DNA from: an uncultured Candidatus Saccharibacteria bacterium
GTDB lineage: Bacteria > Patescibacteriota > Minisyncoccia > RBG-13-40-8-A
DNA: 64,000 bases
Direction of reading: 5' to 3'
Assembly (NCBI GenBank): GCA_965231075.1
Contig: OZ246412.1
Span: forward strand, 14,224 to 78,223
In this document: one piece after another, positions 1 through 8,850 of the stretch
Layout of the letters: each line of letters opens with the position of its first letter
Numbering within the stretch: the first letter of the stretch is position 1
The notes under the pieces: generated by a model
Database searches by the model: none
Told to the model about the DNA's origin: nothing
What the model saw: only the letters and a program-made list of their open reading frames with translations
Made by a program: the position numbers and the translations under genes

Positions 1-253
1 CACATTGATTACAGGGCCCTTGGTTGCAATTTATAGTTTTACAGTTTATAAAAAGGTTAAAGAATTAAAAGGTGGCAATGTATTGGAACCCAAAAAAAGC
101 ACGGGTACAATAATTTCCCTGATCGCATTTTTGGGAATTCTGTTATTAATTGGCGGGATGATATTTGGCGGAGCAAAATTAATTAAATCATTTAGGGGTG
201 GTAATAGCATCCCGAATATTGAATTTAATTCTAATTATTATTTAAATCAATAA
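1..253 (+). CDS. Membrane protein, 5'-truncated by window edge
   Basis: Open frame with hydrophobic segments, stop at 251-253. Confidence 0.6.
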   Translation, partial: TLITGPLVAIYSFTVYKKVKELKGGNVLEPKKSTGTIISLIAFLGILLLIGGMIFGGAKLIKSFRGGNSIPNIEFNSNYYLNQ

Positions 254-287
254 CAAAAAGGTCGTTAATTAGTAAATTCACAAAAAC

Positions 288-659
288 ATGTTTTATTCAT
301 TATTTGGTTTGGGATTCGTAGCAGGATTCTTGATCGTTGTGGGAATTCTTTTCCTATTGGTGAATCTGGGCGTAATTAGTGCTGCAGTTTGGGCATGGTG
401 GCCAATTCTTTTGGTTGTCGTTGGAATTTATATTCTGACTCTAAAGAAGAGAAGAAAGAAAATTGCCGTGCACAATATTTTCTCCAAACTTGCTTCGGAC
501 GACAGAATTCAATCGAAACTTAATAAAATCATTGAAACCGTTGATCAGGTTGTTGAAAAAAAGATAGATGAATGGCACGAAGAAGCAACAGGCGAGAAGG
601 AGGAAGAGGAAACAAGAACACATGAAACCCATCACACAAAATCGAAGATCCAGCTATGA
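288..659 (+). CDS. Small membrane protein (LiaI/LiaF-like N-terminal TM hairpin)
   Basis: 'LIVVGILFLLVNLG...WWPILLVVVGIYIL' motif followed by a charged tail. Confidence 0.65.
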   Translation: MFYSLFGLGFVAGFLIVVGILFLLVNLGVISAAVWAWWPILLVVVGIYILTLKKRRKKIAVHNIFSKLASDDRIQSKLNKIIETVDQVVEKKIDEWHEEATGEKEEEETRTHETHHTKSKIQL

Positions 660-1059
660 TTATGAAATATTAGAAACTTACGAGGCCGGTTTAGTGCTTT
701 TTGGTTTTGAAGTAAAAGCGATTAAAACCGGCCATGTTAGTTTAACGGGTTCATTTGTGACAACAAAGAACGGAGAGCTTTTTTTGACGAACGCTCTAAT
801 TCCACCTTACCAGCCCCAAAATACGCCAATCGATTATGATCAATCGCGACCGAGAAAACTTTTATTAAATAAATCAGAAATCAACTCTTTAATTGGTAAA
901 TTAAAAGTAAAAGGGTTGACATTAGTGCCAATTCGGTTATATACTAAGAGGAACAGAATAAAGTTGGAATTCGGGGTCGCTAAAGGAAAGAAGAAATCCG
1001 ACAAAAGAGAAGCGATAAAGAAAAGAGATGCAGAAAGAGAGATGCAAAGGGGGCGCTAG
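622..1059 (+). CDS. smpB: SsrA-binding protein SmpB
   Basis: NRRSSYDYEILETYEAGLVLFGFEVK, RKLLL, GLTLVP, GKKKSDKR motifs; start moved to ATG 622. Confidence 0.97.
   Translation: MKPITQNRRSSYDYEILETYEAGLVLFGFEVKAIKTGHVSLTGSFVTTKNGELFLTNALIPPYQPQNTPIDYDQSRPRKLLLNKSEINSLIGKLKVKGLTLVPIRLYTKRNRIKLEFGVAKGKKKSDKREAIKKRDAEREMQRGR
916..945 (+). promoter_or_regulatory. sigma70-like promoter inside smpB, probably driving ssrA
   Basis: TTGACA(916-921)-N18-TATACT(940-945), about 100 nt upstream of the tmRNA. Confidence 0.6.
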
Positions 1060-1402
1060 GTTTCGATCGAAGATCTTTTTAAAACAAGCAAATCGAGGAT
1101 TCTAGTATCTCGCTAAAATCTAGAAAAAATAAACGCAAATACAAATTTTGCTTTTGCCACAGCTTAATTTAAGTTGAGGCCACTTCGACGGAGATTCTCA
1201 ATAGGCTGTTGAAGTGTTATAGTGCCATAAGGCACTTGAGATAGATATTGCAATGCCCAAGTTGTAATATTGAAAGTAATTGGGTCGGATTATTCAAATT
1301 TTTGTTTGTTTATGATTTGAATAATTAAGTAAACAAACTACATTTGTAGAATTGTTTTAAATTGTTTTCAAGACGCGGGTTCGACTCCCGCCGTCTCCAC
1401 CA
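1049..1402 (+). ncRNA. ssrA: tmRNA; predicted tag (A)ANTNFAFATA* at 1135-1167
   Basis: 5' GGGGGCG pairs with 3' CGTCTCC-A-CCA (G3-U70 Ala identity); T-arm GCGGG-TTCGACT-CCCGC; ATAAAC-GCA resume context; adjacent to smpB. Confidence 0.95.
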
Positions 1403-1427
1403 AAATTAAACTAATTAAATATAATAA

Positions 1428-2051
1428 ATGTTTCAAAAAAAACCATTTTTTAAGCCAGCATTCAGACCAACAGGAGGTCGACCATACAATCGATTTGACA
1501 ATAGGTTTGTAAAACAAAACAAAGACAGGATTAACGAACAGATTAAATCTCCAGAGGTGAGGGTGATTGATGAACAAGGAACCAATTTAGGGGTTTTAAA
1601 CACACAAGAAGCCATAACAATGGCCAAAGACAGAGGATTAGACTTAGTAGAAATTACAGAGAATGTTCAGCCACCAATTTGTAAAATTATCGATTACGGA
1701 AAATATAAATACATTCAAGAGAAAAAAGACAAAAAACAACAATCAAGTCACAAAAAAATAGAAACAAAAGGCGTGAGAATTAGCTTAACGATATCTCCTC
1801 ATGACTTAGAGATTAGAGCTAATCAAATAGAGAAATTTTTTAAAGAAGGTCACAAGGTCAGAGTGGAAATGAAGCTAAAAGGGAGAGAAAAAGCTCATTT
1901 CGATCTAGCTAAAGAAAAATTAGAATCATTTATAAGTACCATTCCCAAGGGAGCGAAAAAAGAAGAAGAAATTAAGCGTAGCCCTCAAGGATTGGCAGTA
2001 ACTATATGTCAGGCAAAACAAGAGGATCGGTCACAAAACGATTCAAAATAA
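1428..2051 (+). CDS. infC: Translation initiation factor IF-3
   Basis: RINEQI..EVRVID, GLDLVEI, PPICKIIDYGKYKY, KGRE; upstream of rpmI-rplT. Confidence 0.96.
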   Translation: MFQKKPFFKPAFRPTGGRPYNRFDNRFVKQNKDRINEQIKSPEVRVIDEQGTNLGVLNTQEAITMAKDRGLDLVEITENVQPPICKIIDYGKYKYIQEKKDKKQQSSHKKIETKGVRISLTISPHDLEIRANQIEKFFKEGHKVRVEMKLKGREKAHFDLAKEKLESFISTIPKGAKKEEEIKRSPQGLAVTICQAKQEDRSQNDSK

Positions 2052-2203
2052 CAAAAAATAAAAAAGTAATTCATCGATCGCGAAATCAGAACCATTTAAA
2101 TTCGAAAGAATCCGGTGATGAAAAGCGAACCAAGAGACACTCAAAAACTGTCGAAACCCAAACCAGAATGGTTCGGAACATTGTTGAGTTTAAAAACAGA
2201 TAA
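2006..2203 (+). CDS. rpmI: 50S ribosomal protein L35
   Basis: KTRGSVTKRFKITKN..NHL; position between infC and rplT. Confidence 0.9.
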   Translation: MSGKTRGSVTKRFKITKNKKVIHRSRNQNHLNSKESGDEKRTKRHSKTVETQTRMVRNIVEFKNR

Positions 2204-2208
2204 AATTT

Positions 2209-2559
2209 ATGACTAGAGTTAAAAGAGGCGTCCAAAAACGCGCCAGAAAAAAGAAAATTATAAAGCTTGCTAAGGGATTTAAATGGCAGAGAAAGTCCAA
2301 CTATCGTGCAGCTAAGGATGCTCTAAGGCACGCCTGGACTTACGCTTATCGCGACAGAAGAAACAAGAAACGAAGTTTTCGTAATCTTTGGAACATTAAA
2401 ATTAATGCTATTTGTCGAGAAAACGGAATATCTTATAGTAGATTTATTAACGCCATTAAGGCAGCTAATATTATTATTGATAGGAAGATTCTATCGCAGC
2501 TGGCCGAAAATTATCCCGAAACATTTAAGAAGATATTAGATGAAATTAAGACGAAATAA
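2209..2559 (+). CDS. rplT: 50S ribosomal protein L20
   Basis: MTRVKRG, AYRDRRNKKRSFRNLW, DRKILSQLA. Confidence 0.98.
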   Translation: MTRVKRGVQKRARKKKIIKLAKGFKWQRKSNYRAAKDALRHAWTYAYRDRRNKKRSFRNLWNIKINAICRENGISYSRFINAIKAANIIIDRKILSQLAENYPETFKKILDEIKTK

Positions 2560-2572
2560 ACTAGAGATAATT

Positions 2573-2600
2573 AAGGGCCCCGCTGCGGCGGGGCCCTTTT
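2573..2600 (+). terminator. Intrinsic terminator after rplT
   Basis: AAGGGCCCCGC-TGCG-GCGGGGCCCTT then TT. Confidence 0.75.
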
Positions 2601-2631
2601 AAATTAAGTTGAATTAAGTTAGAATTAAAAT

Positions 2632-4353
2632 ATGACAATTAGGTCGGAAATAAAGGAGATGATCTCCAAAATAGTAGGAGAAGGTATTCAGTTTACAGTT
2701 GAAATCCCCGAGAATACAAGTTATGGCGACTATGCTACAAATGTCGCTATGATTTTGGCAAAAAAAGAAAAACGTAATCCGGCTGAAATTGCCAAAGAAA
2801 TTGAATCGAAGATAAAGAGTGAAATTTTCGAAAAAACCGAATTTGTTAATGGTTTTATTAATTTTCACTTAAAGCCAGAGTTTATTCAAAATCAGGTCAA
2901 AGAAATTCTAAAACAAAATAAAAAGTACGGGAGCAGCAAGGTCGGCAAAGGCAAAACGATTATAATAGATTATTCTGCACCAAATATTGCAAAGAAAATG
3001 CACGTTGGCCATTTAAGATCAACTATAATCGGTGCTGCGATTTACAATATTTATAAGTTTTTAGGGTATAAAGTTATTGGTGACAATCATCTAGGGGATT
3101 GGGGTACGCAATTTGGAATAATGATATCGGCAATTAAACTGTTTTATGCACCATATAAAGGGCTTGAGAAAGACAAAAAAATGCAGAGCCTCAAAAATCT
3201 TACGGTTTCTGATATGCTTAATCTTTATGTGGACTATAACAAAAAGATGGAAGATTCTGCTAACGGATTGACAGATCTGCCCAGAGAAGAATTCAAAAAA
3301 CTCGAGGACGGAGATGAAGAGAATAAGGCAATTTGGAGCGTATTGAGAAAAAAATCGCTTGAAGAGTTTGATAAAATTTATAACATATTAGGCATCGAGT
3401 TTGACGAATACAAAGGAGAAAGTCATTACGAACCAATTTTAAAAGAAATAATTAAAGATTGTGAAAATTTAGACAAAAAATATTATTTTCAAAGTGGTGA
3501 CGCTTTTCTGATTGATCTGAATGAATTTAACATGGCCCCTCTCTTAATGAAAAAGTCTGATGGCGCTACACTTTATGCTACGAGGGAACTTGCGACAATA
3601 AAAGAAAGAGTCAAAGATAATCCAGATAAAATAATTTATGTTGTTGGCAATGAACAATCTTTACATTTTCAACAATCTTTTCAAGCAGCTGAATTGTTGG
3701 GATATATCTCTAAAAACAAACTTGTTCACGTTAAGTTTGGACTTATCTTGGACGAAAATCACAAAAAATTAGCCACTAGGTCGGGAAAATTTATTGGCGC
3801 AGAAGACCTGATTAATCAAATAATTGAATTGGCAGAAAAAATTATAAAAGAAAAAAACCCTTCGTTGTCAGAAAAAGCAAGAGAGGAGGCTGCTAAGGTT
3901 ATCGGTATTGGTGCGTTAAAATATAACGATCTTTCTCAAAATCGACAAAGTGACATTGTCTTTGATTGGGACAAAATGCTAAGTTTTGATGGAAATTCTG
4001 CCCCATATATACTATATACATACGTGAGATTGCAAAGCATTATAGGAAAGACTAAATTTGCGGGAAGTTTTGATTCGGAATTTTTAAAGGAAACCGAAGA
4101 GTTAAATGTTGTAAAGGAATTAATTAAATTTTCCGATGTAATTGAAAATTCGGCAGAAAGTTTTCAGATGAACAATTTGGCAAATTATCTTTATGGTTTG
4201 GCAAGCGTAGTTAATAATTTTTATGAAAAATTTAACATATTAAAAGTAAATCATGACATTCGGTCGGCTCGATTGGCGTTAATAAAAGCTGTTACCATTG
4301 TTTTGAAAAACGGGTTAAATTTACTAGGTATAAACACCATCGAAAAGATGTAA
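2632..4353 (+). CDS. argS: Arginine--tRNA ligase
   Basis: YGDYATN, DYSAPNIAKKMHVGHLRSTIIG, GDWGTQFG, GNSAPYILYTYVRL. Confidence 0.97.
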   Translation: MTIRSEIKEMISKIVGEGIQFTVEIPENTSYGDYATNVAMILAKKEKRNPAEIAKEIESKIKSEIFEKTEFVNGFINFHLKPEFIQNQVKEILKQNKKYGSSKVGKGKTIIIDYSAPNIAKKMHVGHLRSTIIGAAIYNIYKFLGYKVIGDNHLGDWGTQFGIMISAIKLFYAPYKGLEKDKKMQSLKNLTVSDMLNLYVDYNKKMEDSANGLTDLPREEFKKLEDGDEENKAIWSVLRKKSLEEFDKIYNILGIEFDEYKGESHYEPILKEIIKDCENLDKKYYFQSGDAFLIDLNEFNMAPLLMKKSDGATLYATRELATIKERVKDNPDKIIYVVGNEQSLHFQQSFQAAELLGYISKNKLVHVKFGLILDENHKKLATRSGKFIGAEDLINQIIELAEKIIKEKNPSLSEKAREEAAKVIGIGALKYNDLSQNRQSDIVFDWDKMLSFDGNSAPYILYTYVRLQSIIGKTKFAGSFDSEFLKETEELNVVKELIKFSDVIENSAESFQMNNLANYLYGLASVVNNFYEKFNILKVNHDIRSARLALIKAVTIVLKNGLNLLGINTIEKM

Positions 4354-4356
4354 TTT

Positions 4357-4926
4357 ATGAAATTTAATAATCAATATTATATTCTCCGTCACGGAAGAGC
4401 AATTTCTAACGAACAGAGAATTGTCAGTTCTTGGCCAGAGAAATTCGAAAACCCATTAACCGAAGAAGGAAAAAAACAGATCAACGAAATAGCATCTGAA
4501 ATTGAAAAGCTAAACATTGACCTAATTTTTGCTTCCGATCTATTGCGCACAAAACAAACCGCAGAAATTATCGCCGACGCATTAAAATTAGAAATAATTT
4601 TTGATAAAAGATTGCGCGAAATAGATATGGGAATTTTTAATGGTGGCTCGGAAGACGCATGGAACGAATTTTATGAATGCGATTCTCAAAGGTTTATCAA
4701 AAAACCAAAAGATGGCGGAGAAAATTACAGAGAAGTTAAACAGAGAGTAGGAGATTTTATTGAAGAAATTGACAAAAAATATGAAAATAAAAACATTTTA
4801 ATTGTGAGTCATGGTTGCGTTTTGTTTAGTTTGCAGGCGACTGCCAATGGGCAGACCGAAGAACAAGAAATGTCCTGTCGCAGCGATTTAATTATGAGAA
4901 ACGGCGAATTGCGTAAATTAAATTAA
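4357..4926 (+). CDS. Histidine phosphatase (PGM family)
   Basis: LRHG, SDLLRTKQTA, RLREIDMG, LIVSHG. Confidence 0.92.
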   Translation: MKFNNQYYILRHGRAISNEQRIVSSWPEKFENPLTEEGKKQINEIASEIEKLNIDLIFASDLLRTKQTAEIIADALKLEIIFDKRLREIDMGIFNGGSEDAWNEFYECDSQRFIKKPKDGGENYREVKQRVGDFIEEIDKKYENKNILIVSHGCVLFSLQATANGQTEEQEMSCRSDLIMRNGELRKLN

Positions 4927-4927
4927 T

Positions 4928-7723
4928 ATGGAAAAAATTTCAGACATAGAGAAGAAAATATTAGAATTTTGGAAAGAAAATAAAATCTTTGAAAAATCCC
5001 TGATGAAGAAACCCTCCTCCACTAAAACTTCGGCGGGCAAGGATTATGTTTTTTATGATGGTCCGCCATTTGCGACAGGAACACCACATTATGGACACAT
5101 TGTGGCGTCTTTAATGAAAGATATGGTGCCACGCTTTTGGACAATGCGTGGTTACCGAGTCGAAAGAAAATGGGGTTGGGATTGCCATGGCTTACCAATA
5201 GAGAATATTGTTGAACAAGAACTGGGTTTAAAAAATAAAAAAGACATCATATCAATTGGCGTTGATAAATTTAATGAAACAGCCAGAAGTAAGGTTTTAA
5301 AATATGTTGATGAATGGAAGAAAGTAATTGAAAGAATGGGTAGGTGGGCGGACATGGACAACGCCTACAAAACCATGGACTTAAATTACATGGAAAGTAT
5401 CTGGTGGGTATTTAAACAATTGTGGGACAAAGAACTTATATATGAAGGATATAAATCAATGCACATTTGCCCGAGATGCGAAACAACTCTTTCGCAATTC
5501 GAGGTCAGTGATAATTACAAAGACGTTAAAGATCTATCGGTAATAGCGAAATTTGAACTCGTAAACGAACCAGGAACCTATGTTCTGGCATGGACGACTA
5601 CCCCCTGGACGTTAATTGGCAATGTTGCATTGGCAATTGGCGAAAAATTGAACTATATTAAAGTCGAACATAATAATGAACTCTATATTTTAGTCGATCA
5701 AAATGTCGATAAAATTTTTAATAATAAAAAACATGAAATTGTTGAAAAAATTGACCCCAAAGACTTGATTGGTAAAAAATACAAATCATTGTTTGATTAT
5801 TATCTTAACGAGGACCTACCAAATAAAGAAAATCTTTATACGATTGTTTCTGCCGATTTTGTGACCACCGAAGATGGTACGGGCGTCGTGCATATTGCCC
5901 CTGCGTTCGGAGAAGAGGATATGAATTTAGGTAAAGAAAAAAAATTATCTTTTATTCAGCACGTTAAAATGAACGGACAAATCACCGATGAGGCCAAAGA
6001 ATTTGCCGGACTAGAAGTTAAACCAAAAAACGATCCCTCTGCCACCGACAGAAAGGTGATTGAATATTTAAAAAATAAAAATTTACTATTTTTAGAAGAA
6101 GAATATGCTCACAGTTATCCTTATTGTTATCGTTGCGATTCTCCACTTCTAAATTATGCTACTTCTTCATTATTCGTAAACGTAACAGAATTAAAAGACA
6201 AGGCACTTAAACATGCCAAGAGGATAAACTGGACGCCAACACACATAAAAGAAGGGAGGTTTGGTAATTGGTTAGAAGGGGCGCGCGATTGGTCAATTTC
6301 GCGTCAAAGATTTTGGGGTTCAGTAATTCCAATTTGGGTTTGTGATAAGTGCAAGAAGAAAGTGGTGGTTGGTTCAATCAAAGAATTGGAAAAATTGAGC
6401 AGTGTGAAAGTCACAGATTTACACAAACATTTTATTGATAAGATAGAATTTTCGTGTAGTTGCGACGGAAGCATGAAACGAGTTCCCGATGTCTTAGATT
6501 GCTGGTTTGAATCTGGCTCAATGCCATACGCTCAAATGCATTATCCGTTTGAAAATAAAGAAAAATTCGAGAAAAATTTTCCCGCCGAATTTATTGCCGA
6601 AGGAGTTGATCAGACCCGTGCCTGGTTTTACTATATGCATATTTTGTCGACCGCGGTTAAAAACAGCGAAGCATTCAAAAATGTAATTGTGAATGGAATG
6701 GTTTTAGCGGAAGATGGCAAAAAAATGTCGAAACATCTAAACAACTATCCCGACCCGATGGAGGTTTTTGAAAAACACGGGGCTGATGCCGTACGATATT
6801 ACCTAGCCACATCGCCAGTGGTGAAAGCAGATGATTTGTGTTTTTCAGAAAAAGGAGTCGACGAAGTCGTTAAAAAAGTTTTACTGATGATTTTAAATAT
6901 TTTGTCTTTCTATAAACTATCCGCAACCGACACAAAAGAAAGCACAAAAAGCGAGGACATATTAGACAAATGGATTATCTCCAAAACAGAATCTTTGAAA
7001 AAAGAAGTAACCAATGGTTATGAAAATTACGATCTAAACAAGGCCACAAAACCAATTTCTGGATTTATTGATGAATTATCGACCTGGTATGTGCGTAGAT
7101 CCAGGGAAAGATTCAAATCTGAAAACAAAGACGAGGCAGTGCAAACATTAAAATATGTATTATTAGAACTATCTAAAGTAATCGCTCCGGTAGTGCCGTT
7201 TATAGCAGAACACGTATATAAAGAAGTGGGAGGCAACCAAAATAGTGTGCACTTAGAAGATTGGCCAAAAGTGAATGAAAAATTAATCGACGAAAAATTG
7301 GAAGAACAGATGGTGCAAGTGCGAGATATTTGTAGTGCGGGATTACAAAAAAGGGCGGAGGCAAATTTAAAAGTTCGACAACCTTTAGCCAAAATCCAAA
7401 TTCCAAATTATAAATTACAAAAAGAATTACTCGACTTAATCAAAGACGAGGTTAATGTAAAAGAGGTTGTAGCAGACCTAAAAGAGGGAGTGGCACTTGA
7501 TACCACTATCACCGAAGAACTCAAAGCAGAGGGCGCTGTGAGGGATTTTGTGCGCACTATTCAATCAAAACGTAAGGAAATGGGTCTGACGCCGAAGGAC
7601 AAGATTCGGGTAATTTATTCAGAGAATAAGGAAATTGTTGAAAAATACACCGATCAAATCAAGAAACAAGTAATTGCTGAAGAAATTATTTTCGGCAACG
7701 AATTCAAAATAGAAAAAATATAG
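4928..7723 (+). CDS. ileS: Isoleucine--tRNA ligase, type 2
   Basis: FYDGPPFATGTPHYGH, GWDCHGLP, WTTTPWTL, DWSISRQRFWG, EGVDQTRAWFY, KMSKH. Confidence 0.97.
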   Translation: MEKISDIEKKILEFWKENKIFEKSLMKKPSSTKTSAGKDYVFYDGPPFATGTPHYGHIVASLMKDMVPRFWTMRGYRVERKWGWDCHGLPIENIVEQELGLKNKKDIISIGVDKFNETARSKVLKYVDEWKKVIERMGRWADMDNAYKTMDLNYMESIWWVFKQLWDKELIYEGYKSMHICPRCETTLSQFEVSDNYKDVKDLSVIAKFELVNEPGTYVLAWTTTPWTLIGNVALAIGEKLNYIKVEHNNELYILVDQNVDKIFNNKKHEIVEKIDPKDLIGKKYKSLFDYYLNEDLPNKENLYTIVSADFVTTEDGTGVVHIAPAFGEEDMNLGKEKKLSFIQHVKMNGQITDEAKEFAGLEVKPKNDPSATDRKVIEYLKNKNLLFLEEEYAHSYPYCYRCDSPLLNYATSSLFVNVTELKDKALKHAKRINWTPTHIKEGRFGNWLEGARDWSISRQRFWGSVIPIWVCDKCKKKVVVGSIKELEKLSSVKVTDLHKHFIDKIEFSCSCDGSMKRVPDVLDCWFESGSMPYAQMHYPFENKEKFEKNFPAEFIAEGVDQTRAWFYYMHILSTAVKNSEAFKNVIVNGMVLAEDGKKMSKHLNNYPDPMEVFEKHGADAVRYYLATSPVVKADDLCFSEKGVDEVVKKVLLMILNILSFYKLSATDTKESTKSEDILDKWIISKTESLKKEVTNGYENYDLNKATKPISGFIDELSTWYVRRSRERFKSENKDEAVQTLKYVLLELSKVIAPVVPFIAEHVYKEVGGNQNSVHLEDWPKVNEKLIDEKLEEQMVQVRDICSAGLQKRAEANLKVRQPLAKIQIPNYKLQKELLDLIKDEVNVKEVVADLKEGVALDTTITEELKAEGAVRDFVRTIQSKRKEMGLTPKDKIRVIYSENKEIVEKYTDQIKKQVIAEEIIFGNEFKIEKI
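5012..5041. repeat. Degenerate GC-rich palindromic element in frame in ileS (PSSTKTSAGK)
   Basis: CCCTCC...GGCGGG imperfect stem, 30 nt, in an AT-rich context. Confidence 0.45.
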
Positions 7724-7765
7724 AGCAAACTACAAAATTTTGATCACAATAATTTGTCATACGTA

Positions 7766-7807
7766 TTGACAAATTTTTGTTTTAGGAGTACAATATACAA
7801 CAAGGAG
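7766..7807 (+). promoter_or_regulatory. sigma70 promoter and SD for cassette gene
   Basis: TTGACA-N17-TACAAT; AAGGAG at 7802-7807. Confidence 0.8.
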
Positions 7808-7814
7808 AATAAAA

Positions 7815-8279
7815 ATGAGAAAAAATGCGAAGGTGTCTGTTCTTTTCATCGTCATGGTGGTCGTGTTCGCCGGGTGCATACAACCACCTCAAATCGCAGA
7901 AGCCCAGGCCTTAATTGCCGAGCTCATGAAATTGGATGCAGGCACATATGCCCCCAAAGAATTCATGAAGATTCAAGGCGACATGAACAAGGCTATGGAC
8001 GAAGTCATGGCCCAGGACAAGAAATTTTTCAAGAAATATGGCTACGCCAGAGAGGCATTAGACAAAGTAATATATGAAGCCAGAGACCTTAAAACAAAAA
8101 TGCCCGATAAAAAGTATGACTACGAAAAAAACAATTATCGGGGCAACAATGATGAGCGCAAGATCCTCGGGCAAGCTGTTTTGATTCTGCGAAACGGAGA
8201 CACTCGTCTCGAGGAGCTGATTGCCGACATGATAGAAGACGTCATTTCTTATCGCTTCGGAGGGAGCGAGAAGAAATAG
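7815..8279 (+). CDS. Putative helical lipoprotein (DUF4398-like)
   Basis: Signal peptide with lipobox FAG-C; 'AGTYAPKEF' helical pattern. Confidence 0.7.
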   Translation: MRKNAKVSVLFIVMVVVFAGCIQPPQIAEAQALIAELMKLDAGTYAPKEFMKIQGDMNKAMDEVMAQDKKFFKKYGYAREALDKVIYEARDLKTKMPDKKYDYEKNNYRGNNDERKILGQAVLILRNGDTRLEELIADMIEDVISYRFGGSEKK

Positions 8280-8298
8280 TCTGAATCAATTTTTCAGT

Positions 8299-8332
8299 GC
8301 CCCGTGCGCTTGCGCGCGGGGCCTTTTTATTT
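8299..8332 (+). terminator. Intrinsic terminator
   Basis: GCCCCGTGCGC/GCGCGCGGGGC stem then CTTTTTATTT. Confidence 0.8.
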
Positions 8333-8358
8333 CTCACAAAATACAATATAATAAAACC

Positions 8359-8829
8359 ATGATTAAGACCGAGGCAATTATACTGAAAACAACCGACCAA
8401 AATGAAACTGGTCGGCTTTTGACGGTTTATTCAGAGAAATTAGGCAAAATCAACGTGCAAGCTAAGGGGGTAAAAAAAATCGAAAGTAAACTGCGTGGAC
8501 ATATTGAGGCCATATCTTATAGTCAATTAATTATCGTAGAAGGAAAAAACTCTTTAATTCTAAAAGACGCGTATTTATTAAATCAATTTCTGAATATCAA
8601 AAAAAGCCTAGAAAAAATAAAAGTCGCCAAACGAATTGCCAATTTAATTGATGAGGCTATGGTTGGACAGGAAAGAGATGAAAGCGTATGGAAATTAATT
8701 TTGGGAACATTTGAAACGCTAAACAATGATGTAAATGTTAAAGATGTTGTAATTGTTTTTGAAAAGAAGTTAATTAATCTTTTGGGCTACGACTCCGAAC
8801 ATATGCGCGAAATAGAAAACTTGTATTAA
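8359..8829 (+). CDS. recO: DNA repair protein RecO (short form)
   Basis: TEAIILK...LLTVYSEKLGKINVQAKGVKKIESKLRG OB-fold. Confidence 0.88.
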   Translation: MIKTEAIILKTTDQNETGRLLTVYSEKLGKINVQAKGVKKIESKLRGHIEAISYSQLIIVEGKNSLILKDAYLLNQFLNIKKSLEKIKVAKRIANLIDEAMVGQERDESVWKLILGTFETLNNDVNVKDVVIVFEKKLINLLGYDSEHMREIENLY

Positions 8830-8850
8830 AAATGATATAATTAAATTATA

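Noticed and set aside
2006-2051. 46-nt infC/rpmI overlap as a programmed frameshift
   Set aside because: Both proteins are complete; simplest explanation is stop-codon drift in infC; no slippery site seen.
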